Of a stretch of 64,000 nt of DNA, positions 32,017 to 39,675 are shown in pieces; the stretch's first letter is position 1; each line of letters begins with the position of its first letter. The translations under genes and the position numbers were made by a program. The notes beneath the pieces are model-generated. The model was not told the DNA's origin. It searched no databases and saw nothing but the letters and a program-made list of their open reading frames with translations. Location of the stretch: positions 64,001 to 128,000 of the forward strand of contig JBKAGE010000039.1 in the NCBI GenBank assembly GCA_046290225.1, read 5' to 3'. This DNA is from Bradymonadia bacterium. GTDB taxonomy: Bacteria; Myxococcota_A; Bradymonadia; UBA7976; UBA1532.

Positions 32017-33306
32017 TCAAGGCGAGGTGAGCCATGAGATCTCCGCCGCAAAGCGGCTTTGGATGGAGGGGGCGTCTTGAATACGAGAGTTGCCCCAATA
32101 TCCGTTGGGACACTCTGCAGTCCCACCTGATGCGCCAGGTGCGCAGGCGAATTGTGGGAAGGCCTGCCAGTCCGAATTGATGTACGCCAGGATCCCGAGC
32201 TGTGGCGTCGATCGGGCGAAGTCGAACACAGGGGCGTACCACGCACTCCAGAGATCATCTTCGGACAGAGGCCGCTCGCCGAGCTCACCGGTGATACAGC
32301 GTACGTCGGATTGTCCCGCGCCATTGTCGGTGCGGTACCCCGCAGGAGCGGCCTCAGCGATCATCAAAGGTTTGTCGTGCGCTGCGGCAAACTCTGCGGC
32401 CTGCGCGTACAGTGTGGCTGGCTGCAGATTCGGGGTGGAGCAACGCCACGGGCCCTCGAGGTGGGCTGGGGCCCATGTGAAGGCGCTGATGGCCACCCAG
32501 TCCACAAAGGCATCGCCGGGATACCACTGGTCGAGGTGGTCTGCCAGACCCGGGTCGTAGTGGCGGCGTGCATCTCCGCTTCGAGGGTAGGCCGCTGATT
32601 GCCAGACGGTCTGGATCGACTCGGCGCCCAGAGCATCGATGCGACTCTTCACCACCTGAAATGCTTCGATGTAGAGATCTTTGTCGTAGCAGTTCCAGGG
32701 CCCGTCGAACTCATAGCCGATGCGCAGATACACATCTCGGCCGGTCCCCTGAAGGTAGGCGATGAGGGCGTCGAGTGACTGCCGGTAGTCTTCACCGAGC
32801 CCAGCTGCGAGATCTGGATCTGCCCGGCCGGTGAGGGCCCTGAGTGTTTGATCGTTACACTCTGCGTGACTGTCCGACAGGTACAGGCCAACGGCGAGCG
32901 CTGCGTCGGGATACTCGGCGAGGCTGGCTTCGAAGTCGTTGATGGTGCCGTTGATGTCGCACGGACCATCTGTGGTGCCGGAGCACGTGCCAGGGACGAT
33001 GTTCGTGTAGAGCGTGATCCCGTCGGGCTCCGGGAAGTCCGCATCGGCATTGAGGACTTCGGTGCGAAAGGCTGAGAGATCTGGCGTGTTCTGGCCGACG
33101 AAGAACATCAGCGGGGTATCTCGTACCTCGGGCGTCGATGTCGCAGCATCATGTTCAGCAGGTGAGCCGTCTTCAGGGGGCGAAGCGTCGACGAGGGTGG
33201 GCACCCTTTGCGGATCTGAAGAGGTGTCGCAGCCGAGGAGCAGGCCCGTGAGGGCCAGATGGCACATGAGGCGGTGGACGGACAAGTAAAGCATTGAAGG
33301 CATCAT
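32017..33306 (-). CDS. GH26-like glycoside hydrolase lipoprotein (beta-1,3-xylanase-like)
   Basis: Lipobox LLGC; LRIGYEFDGPWN, WYPGDAFVDWVAIS, KPLMIAEAAP; start uncertain. Confidence 0.75.
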   Translation of the reverse strand: MMPSMLYLSVHRLMCHLALTGLLLGCDTSSDPQRVPTLVDASPPEDGSPAEHDAATSTPEVRDTPLMFFVGQNTPDLSAFRTEVLNADADFPEPDGITLYTNIVPGTCSGTTDGPCDINGTINDFEASLAEYPDAALAVGLYLSDSHAECNDQTLRALTGRADPDLAAGLGEDYRQSLDALIAYLQGTGRDVYLRIGYEFDGPWNCYDKDLYIEAFQVVKSRIDALGAESIQTVWQSAAYPRSGDARRHYDPGLADHLDQWYPGDAFVDWVAISAFTWAPAHLEGPWRCSTPNLQPATLYAQAAEFAAAHDKPLMIAEAAPAGYRTDNGAGQSDVRCITGELGERPLSEDDLWSAWYAPVFDFARSTPQLGILAYINSDWQAFPQFACAPGASGGTAECPNGYWGNSRIQDAPSIQSRFAAEISWLTSP

Positions 33307-33331
33307 AGCGTGTGTAGGAGGGCGTGCTCCA

Positions 33332-34621
33332 TCAGCCATCACCGAGCATCTTCGGCATGTCACTCAGACGAATGCGCGCTGTCGTGCCCTGACCCACCTT
33401 GCTCTCTACATGAAAGCTCCACCCCAGCCGAAGGCACAACCCGTTCACGATGGCGAGGCCCAGACCATGACCATCTCCGGGGCCGCGCACGTATGGCTCT
33501 GTGATCCGCGTCAGGATGTCCTCGGGGATGCCAGGCCCCGTGTCCCGAATCTGCAGGCCATTGATGTCATATTCGAGGGTGATGTGACCCTCGGCCGTGT
33601 GGCGGAGAGCGTTGCTCAACAGGTTGTTGAGCATCATCCTCAGGGCGAGGCGCGGTGCCTCGACCACGGCCTCTGGCGGCACTTGCACTGACAGGGCGAC
33701 TTTGGGGCTGGCGCGGTGGTGCAGGCGCTCCACCAGCTCATCGACGAGTGGCCGAAGCGCCACTGTCTCCGATGGCGGCATTCGACCCTGACTACGAGCG
33801 AGCCAGAGACAGGTTTCGATGATGCCGTTCATGTCCTGGAGGGCGCGATCGAGACGACCAAGGGGGCGCTCGAGTCTCTGCTCGCCGAGATCGCCCAGCA
33901 ACTCCGACACCCCACATGCGACGGCGAGGGCTGATCTCAGCTCATGGCTGGTGTAGCGCCCGAAGAGCTGCTCCTGCCGTGCAGAGGCGGCCACTCTGCC
34001 CATGGCGATCTCCAGATGATCCGCCAGCAACCCCAACTCGTCATCGGAGACGAGCACGCGCAAGCTCGGTGGCGGGTCGTCGGGTGTGTGGGCGGCCACC
34101 GCCTCGGTGAGGCGACGCAGGGGGGCGATGATGTGTCGAGTGGTAAGCACCCCCAGGGTGACACCGATGAGAGCCACCAGGGTGGAGAGGCCGAAAATCA
34201 AGAGATCGATTTGACCATCAAAGGCCTCGCTCGCTTCAAAGTCACTCTCGTTGACATAGAGGTAGGCGCGCTGGCCGTCCGGAAGCGGGAAGATCCGGAG
34301 GTTCCACCGGGCCTCTCCAAGCCCCTCGACTTCGTGAGCGCCCTCGGAGAGCGCTGCGACGCGCCCCTGCAAATCCGGATGGAGTTGCTCGAGGCTCGTG
34401 GTGCAGGAGATGAGTCGTCCTGAGGGCAGGGGCGCATCAGGTGCCTGGGCACGGAGTCCGAGTACATGCTGCATCTCGGCGTCGAGCCAGCGCTCGATCA
34501 TGGCATCCTCGGCCATGTGGACCGCAGTCCAGGCGAGGCCCCCGTAAATGTAGGTCAGCAGTGCACCGAAGAGGGCAAAGGCCAGCAGAAACCGAAGACG
34601 GAGGCTGCGGATGGGCCTCAA
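33332..34621 (-). CDS. colS: Sensor histidine kinase, ColS-like
   Basis: Two TMs, HAMP, SHELRS, NLLSNA, DTGPGI, GHGLGLAIV; periplasmic SDFEASE (ExxE); overlaps the response-regulator stop. Confidence 0.75.
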   Translation of the reverse strand: MRPIRSLRLRFLLAFALFGALLTYIYGGLAWTAVHMAEDAMIERWLDAEMQHVLGLRAQAPDAPLPSGRLISCTTSLEQLHPDLQGRVAALSEGAHEVEGLGEARWNLRIFPLPDGQRAYLYVNESDFEASEAFDGQIDLLIFGLSTLVALIGVTLGVLTTRHIIAPLRRLTEAVAAHTPDDPPPSLRVLVSDDELGLLADHLEIAMGRVAASARQEQLFGRYTSHELRSALAVACGVSELLGDLGEQRLERPLGRLDRALQDMNGIIETCLWLARSQGRMPPSETVALRPLVDELVERLHHRASPKVALSVQVPPEAVVEAPRLALRMMLNNLLSNALRHTAEGHITLEYDINGLQIRDTGPGIPEDILTRITEPYVRGPGDGHGLGLAIVNGLCLRLGWSFHVESKVGQGTTARIRLSDMPKMLGDG

Positions 34622-35283
34622 GGGGCGATCCGCCAGCCCGAGCCGTGCACTGTGTGCAGCAGCGGGGTAGGGAAAGGGCGATCAATGGCCCGGCGGAGCG
34701 CATAGACATGGCTGCGGAGCACGTCGCTCCCCGGGGGCTGATCGCCCCAAAGCGTGTGAAGCAGCGCGTCGCGAGTGACCAGATTGGGCGAGGCGCGCAT
34801 CAGCTCTGCCAGCAACGCCACACCCATACGGTTCAGGCTGATCGCCTGCCCGGCGCGGGTGATCTCGTGGGTGCCGAGATCGAGCACGAGATCGGCCACC
34901 TGGAGTCGGCTGGACTCCACCCGGCGTCTCAGCGTGAGGGCTTGGAGCCGGACCTCGAGCTCTCGCAACGAGAAAGGCTTGCTTAGGTAGTCGTCTGTGC
35001 CCGCCTCGAATCCTGCAAGGGTGTCTTCCAGGGTGTCGTTGGCCGTGAGCATCAGGATGGGCACTGTTCTGTGGGTCGATTCTCTGATGCGGCGACAGAC
35101 TGCCAGCCCGTCCATGCCCGGCAGGTTCACATCCAAAACAATGGCGTCGTAGACCTCGGTCACGGCGAGGTGCAGACCGCCGAGGCCATTGGAGGCAAGC
35201 TCTACGCTGTGACCGCGGGCTGTGAGGTGATCGATGATGTTGTCGGCGATGTCGAGGTGATCCTCGATGACGAGCACACGCAT
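34618..35283 (-). CDS. colR: OmpR-family response regulator, ColR-like
   Basis: GLGGLHLA, LWGDQPPGSDVLRSHV, IDRPFPTPLLHTVHG closely follow Pseudomonas ColR as I recall it. Confidence 0.78.
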   Translation of the reverse strand: MRVLVIEDHLDIADNIIDHLTARGHSVELASNGLGGLHLAVTEVYDAIVLDVNLPGMDGLAVCRRIRESTHRTVPILMLTANDTLEDTLAGFEAGTDDYLSKPFSLRELEVRLQALTLRRRVESSRLQVADLVLDLGTHEITRAGQAISLNRMGVALLAELMRASPNLVTRDALLHTLWGDQPPGSDVLRSHVYALRRAIDRPFPTPLLHTVHGSGWRIAP

Positions 35284-35338
35284 GGCAACCCGATGACCCT
35301 GAGGGAGAGTAGAGGCCGAGTCTAACACGATGGGGGCT

Positions 35339-36445
35339 CTAAATATCGCCGCCGGGGGTCAGGCCGCTGGGCACCTGAGCGGGGATCCGGCGATCGAAGT
35401 CTTCGTCGGTGAGCGCACGCAGAAAAGATTGGATGTCCCCCACATCTCTGCCGCCTACATCCAGACCTCTGACTTTGCGATCCAGACCTCGATCCTCGAT
35501 GTCATCATAGAACTCGATGGCCTCTTCGAGGCTGCCCACACGACCGCTGTGCATATAGGGCCGGGTGAGATCGATGTTGCGCAGGGTGGGGGTGCGGAAT
35601 GCACGTCTGCCATTGCCTTGATCTGGCATCCCAGGCTGATCAGGCGCCCCAATACGGTGGACCTCGAAGTCGGAGAACATGGGGCCTGAGTGACAGTCGG
35701 CACAGCCGACACCATGGAAGGCGTTGAGCCCTCGGCGCTGGCGGCTGCTGAGGGCCGAGTCTTCTCCGGCGAGCCATCGATCATAGGGGCTGTCGGGTCG
35801 AGAGAGGTGGCGCTCGAAGGCTGCGATGGCGCGGGCGAGGTTCATCTCGGTCACTGCGTCCTCGGGGGATGCATCGAAGGCATCGGCGAACAAGGCCACA
35901 TATTCCGGGTTCTGAGAGAGACGCTCTACGACCTGTGCCACCGCCTCGTCCTCAGGGTAGGCGTCGCCGCGCATCTCCACATCTGATCGGATGGGGCCGA
36001 GGGCTTGAGCCTCGAGGCTCTCTTCGCGGCTGTCCCAGAACATGGGGGCGTCCAGCGGATCAGGCACGTCGGTGACGTCGACCCAACCATTGAAGCCAGT
36101 GTGGAGCACCGTAGGGGCATTCCGAGGTACAAGGGGGACATCAGGATCTCGCTCGCGGGCCGGACCGAGCCCCTGGCCGCCGACCCCGATGGACACTGCG
36201 AGACCGTCACCATAACCAAAATCTGGATGATGACATGTGGCACAGGCGACATCCTGATGGCCCGAAAGGATCGGATCCCAGAACAACAGACGCCCCAGCT
36301 CCACCTTCTTCTCTGTGAGCGGGTTCCCCGTGGGCGAAGGGGCAATGTCTGGTAGGGCCTGAAGTGTATCCCGAGAGACCTCAGGATGCTCACCACAGGC
36401 TGTAAAGCAGAGACAGGCAACAGGCAGGAGCAAGGGGGCGCGCAT
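35339..36445 (-). CDS. Di-haem cytochrome c peroxidase-family lipoprotein (MauG/MbnH type)
   Basis: Lipobox FTAC; CATCH and CADCH; MFWD; TPTLRN..PYMH followed by Tyr at +14. Confidence 0.88.
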   Translation of the reverse strand: MRAPLLLPVACLCFTACGEHPEVSRDTLQALPDIAPSPTGNPLTEKKVELGRLLFWDPILSGHQDVACATCHHPDFGYGDGLAVSIGVGGQGLGPARERDPDVPLVPRNAPTVLHTGFNGWVDVTDVPDPLDAPMFWDSREESLEAQALGPIRSDVEMRGDAYPEDEAVAQVVERLSQNPEYVALFADAFDASPEDAVTEMNLARAIAAFERHLSRPDSPYDRWLAGEDSALSSRQRRGLNAFHGVGCADCHSGPMFSDFEVHRIGAPDQPGMPDQGNGRRAFRTPTLRNIDLTRPYMHSGRVGSLEEAIEFYDDIEDRGLDRKVRGLDVGGRDVGDIQSFLRALTDEDFDRRIPAQVPSGLTPGGDI

Positions 36446-36490
36446 GTCGATCTCCAGTGGTGGGGCTGATCTCAGTATTCCAAGTTCGAT

Positions 36491-36534
36491 GTCAAAGGTG
36501 TGTCGAGATGTCGTGAAAATTTTGTGGAATCTAC
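36491..36534 (-). promoter_or_regulatory. Four 11-bp-phased direct repeats, candidate ColR-type operator
   Basis: GTCAAA/GTCGAG/GTGAAA/GTGGAA at 36491, 36502, 36513, 36524; same layout at 39608. Confidence 0.7.
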
Positions 36535-36581
36535 CTATGTGCATGTTTGAAACACCCAGCAGCGTGCTCGCCCTCCATTTG

Positions 36582-36607
36582 CATATTCCATGGATTTGTG
36601 GATTATG
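36582..36607. promoter_or_regulatory. Inverted repeat, candidate ArsR/SmtB operator
   Basis: CATATTCCA-N8-TGGATTATG (8/9 arms) ending 5 nt before the ArsR start. Confidence 0.6.
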
Positions 36608-36612
36608 GGCGT

Positions 36613-36942
36613 ATGAGCACGGAGCACACGACACCGGATCATGCACACGTCACTGACGTCGTATTGAAACGTGCCGCGCGGATGTTCGGCGCGGTCTCGA
36701 ACCCTGAGCGGTTGCGTCTGCTTGAATGCCTGCGTGGCGGTGAAGCGTGCGTCTCTGGCCTGGCCGAGCATTTGGGTGAGCCTGTGACCACGACTTCGAA
36801 CCGACTGCAGATCCTGGCTCGAGCGGGCCTGGTGGTGAAACGCCGCGAGGAGCGACACCAGTACTACCGCCTCGCCGACGAGCACGTGGTTCAGCTGCTC
36901 GACTTCGCCCTCGAACACGCCCAACACACCGAATTGTATTGA
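36613..36942 (+). CDS. ArsR/SmtB-family repressor with alpha-5 metal site
   Basis: RLRLLECL, EACVSGLA, YYRLADEHVVQLLDFALEHAQH (DxH-x10-HxxH). Confidence 0.9.
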   Translation: MSTEHTTPDHAHVTDVVLKRAARMFGAVSNPERLRLLECLRGGEACVSGLAEHLGEPVTTTSNRLQILARAGLVVKRREERHQYYRLADEHVVQLLDFALEHAQHTELY

Positions 36943-36965
36943 GAGATCCGACAGGAGGAGCACCC

Positions 36966-37310
36966 ATGGAATGCGAGAAGCACCCTGAGCACGATCATGT
37001 GCACGGCCCCGACTGTGGCCACACCGCAGTCCAGCACGGCGACCACGTGGACTACCTGCACGACGGCCACCTGCATCACCCGCACGGGGATCATGTCGAC
37101 GAGCATGTCATCGAGGTGAGCGAGAAGAACCCGGATGGCTGCACGCCAGCGCACAGCTGCGGTGGCCACGATGCAGATCACGTGCACGGCCCTGGATGTG
37201 GGCACGAGGCGGTGCCCCACGGCGATCACGTCGACTATCTGGTCGACGGCCACCTGCACCACCCTCATGGTGATCACTGCGATGATCACGGCCCCCTCGT
37301 CACCGCCTGA
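36966..37310 (+). CDS. His/Cys-rich metal-binding protein with internal duplication
   Basis: 114 aa, 27 His, 6 Cys; two copies of HVHGPxCGHxAVxHGDHVDYLxDGHLHHPHGDHxDxH; AGGAGG RBS. Confidence 0.88.
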   Translation: MECEKHPEHDHVHGPDCGHTAVQHGDHVDYLHDGHLHHPHGDHVDEHVIEVSEKNPDGCTPAHSCGGHDADHVHGPGCGHEAVPHGDHVDYLVDGHLHHPHGDHCDDHGPLVTA

Positions 37311-37418
37311 GAGCCTGTTGTCTGTAGCGTCCAGACAACGCACTCGCTAGGACTGTGTGAGCGCATACCCGAGGCTGACCTGACAGGTTGGCCTTTCTGG
37401 TTCACACAGGACACCTGC

Positions 37419-38279
37419 ATGCACGACACACTCGCCGATGATCCCTGGGGGGCTCACGTCTCCACCTACGATCGCATCTACGCTCCGATGACGGGTTACA
37501 TCGCCCGCAGTCTGCTCTCGGCTGCTGAGGCGCGGCTCGCCGTCAACGCCCGCATCCTCGACATTGCCTGTGGGAGCGGCGCGCTGTTCATGCCGGCGGT
37601 CGAGCGGGCCGAGCGACGCCGAGCCATGGGCGGCACTGATCATGTGGTGGGCAGCGATTTTTCCCCAGGCATGTTGAGCGTGGCCCAGCGCAAGGCAGAG
37701 AAAGCCTATGACGCTGAGCTGTTTCACTGCGATGTGCAGAATGGTCAGGCGCTCACTTACGAGGATGCCAGCTTCGACGCTGTGTTCTCCTGCTTCGGCA
37801 TATTCCTGTTCGAGGATCGACACGCAGGCTGGCGAGAGGCCGCCCGGGTTCTGGCCCCTGGCGGCGTCTTCGGCACCGCGGTCTGGATGGCCCCGGAGCA
37901 CAACGAGATGTTTCGTACCCAGTTTGGGCCCATGGTCGAGGCGCTGCCGAGCCGGATCACGGAGAACATGCAGCCGCCGGGCTGGCTCGACGTGGCGCAT
38001 GCAGAGGGCTTGAGATCAGAGGTCCAGGCGGCGGGCTTCGTCGATGTGGAAGTGCACCCGTTTCATACGCACTTCGTGATCCCCAGCGCTGAGGATGCAT
38101 GGGCGGCGATGCTCGACAACCCCTCTGGCGGATCTCTGCTGCGCCAGTGCGACGATGCTGAGCGGGCGGCGATCAAGGCCCGCGTGCTTGAGGCGCTTCA
38201 GGCACGCACCTCGGGGACGGATCATCCACTCGTGCTCGAGGCCTCGTGCAATCTCCTGATCGCCCGCAAGGCCGCCTGA
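37419..38279 (+). CDS. Class I SAM-dependent methyltransferase
   Basis: ILDIACGSG, DFSPGML, SFDAVFS, RVLAPGG. Confidence 0.9.
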   Translation: MHDTLADDPWGAHVSTYDRIYAPMTGYIARSLLSAAEARLAVNARILDIACGSGALFMPAVERAERRRAMGGTDHVVGSDFSPGMLSVAQRKAEKAYDAELFHCDVQNGQALTYEDASFDAVFSCFGIFLFEDRHAGWREAARVLAPGGVFGTAVWMAPEHNEMFRTQFGPMVEALPSRITENMQPPGWLDVAHAEGLRSEVQAAGFVDVEVHPFHTHFVIPSAEDAWAAMLDNPSGGSLLRQCDDAERAAIKARVLEALQARTSGTDHPLVLEASCNLLIARKAA

Positions 38280-38286
38280 AGCGGCA

Positions 38287-39558
38287 CTAATTCAGGCTGT
38301 TCACGTAGTCGATGATGAGCTGGATGCCTTCTTCGTCGGGGAGGGTGGTGCCCAGGAAGGGCATTTCACCACGCTCCAATTGCCCACGCACTTTGCGCTC
38401 TTTCTCCTCGATGCCGGTTTGAGCCAGCGGCGTGGTGTATCGGAGGTCGAGCTCGGCCTCCTCACCGGACTCGTCCCAGGCACCAGGGCGATGACAGTGG
38501 GCGCAGTTGATCTCCAAATAGGCCCGGGCGCGCTGTTCGAGAGAGAGGCTGGTGTCCTTGAAGTTCGGCAGAGCGGGCATATCGGACCAGTCCTCGGCGA
38601 ACACCCCTTCACCGTTTAGATGCGCCAGCTGATTCACCGCGCCGCCGCCTCGGCTCACCATGCGGTTCAGGTTGAGCACAGTGGGGCCGATGAAGCTCGA
38701 CACCTCGTCGAGCTGGTGGCAGGTGACGCACTCTTCCTCTTTGGGCACGGCATACTCAGTGCTCTGCCGCTGGCCAGCATCATCGATCCAAGAGATGTCG
38801 GTCTGCGTACCATCGAGTAGGAGGGTGGCGTCGGTCTGCTCAGGATTCCAAAGGTAGGTGGCGACGTTCCATTGACCTTCCGTTTTCACCAAAAGGCGGG
38901 TCTCGATGATCTGAAGAGAGCTGTCGAGATCACGCATGTCGATGGGGTAGTAGAAGGTCTTGGCGAGGATGCTGCCCTCGGGGAACACGAGCCTGTCATC
39001 TTCACCTCGGGTGACGACCGTACCTTCGGGCACCTTCACCAAACGCTGCTTGTGGGCGTAGTCCGTGAACAGTTCTGAAGACAGCTCGTAGAGCAGCGTG
39101 CCCTCTGCAGGCTGAAGAGTGTTCAGCGGGGCCTGGTAGAGGCCATAGCCCGAGAGGCGGGCGGCGAAGTCTTCAGAGCGGGGAATCTCGAAGTCCAGAT
39201 CGTACGGATCTGGCTCGTCTTCATCATCCCAGGGATTGCCTCCACCGTCCTCGCGACCGCCCGAGCCACCGCCTGAGCTGTCACCGTCGCCGTCTCCTTC
39301 GCCACCGGCACCTCCCACGGTGTCAGAGCCGCCTGTAGCACCAGCACCACCCATGGGTCCTTCGCCGCCCACCGCACCTGTACCCCCCATGGCACCAGCA
39401 CCACCCTGAGCACCATCACCTCCAGAGCTGACAGCATCGTCGCTGCTCGAATCGCACCCTGTGAGAGACGTCGCCGCCATGCCCAGGGTGAGGAGCAGCG
39501 TAGCCGGGTGCTTGAGGAGAGTGGACGTCAGTGGGCTGTTGGGCAGATGAGAGCGCAT
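38287..39558 (-). CDS. SO2930/HNE_0200-like di-haem c lipoprotein
   Basis: Lipobox LTGC and Gly-rich linker; LFTDYAHKQR, FPEGSILAKTFYY, IETRLL, YLWN; CVTCH and CAHCH. Confidence 0.8.
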   Translation of the reverse strand: MRSHLPNSPLTSTLLKHPATLLLTLGMAATSLTGCDSSSDDAVSSGGDGAQGGAGAMGGTGAVGGEGPMGGAGATGGSDTVGGAGGEGDGDGDSSGGGSGGREDGGGNPWDDEDEPDPYDLDFEIPRSEDFAARLSGYGLYQAPLNTLQPAEGTLLYELSSELFTDYAHKQRLVKVPEGTVVTRGEDDRLVFPEGSILAKTFYYPIDMRDLDSSLQIIETRLLVKTEGQWNVATYLWNPEQTDATLLLDGTQTDISWIDDAGQRQSTEYAVPKEEECVTCHQLDEVSSFIGPTVLNLNRMVSRGGGAVNQLAHLNGEGVFAEDWSDMPALPNFKDTSLSLEQRARAYLEINCAHCHRPGAWDESGEEAELDLRYTTPLAQTGIEEKERKVRGQLERGEMPFLGTTLPDEEGIQLIIDYVNSLN

Positions 39559-39607
39559 ATCGGCCTTCACGGGTGTGGAGCGTTGGGTCCACCGTACCCG
39601 TTTCAGC

Positions 39608-39651
39608 GTCAACGCTTTGTTGATGAGGCGTGAAAAGTTCGTGGAATCGAC
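39608..39651 (-). promoter_or_regulatory. Second copy of the four 11-bp-phased repeats
   Basis: GTCAAC/GTTGAT/GTGAAA/GTGGAA at 39608, 39619, 39630, 39641; 39629-39648 matches 36512-36531 at 18/20. Confidence 0.7.
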
Positions 39652-39675
39652 CGCAAAATTGGAGGTCGAGTAGGA

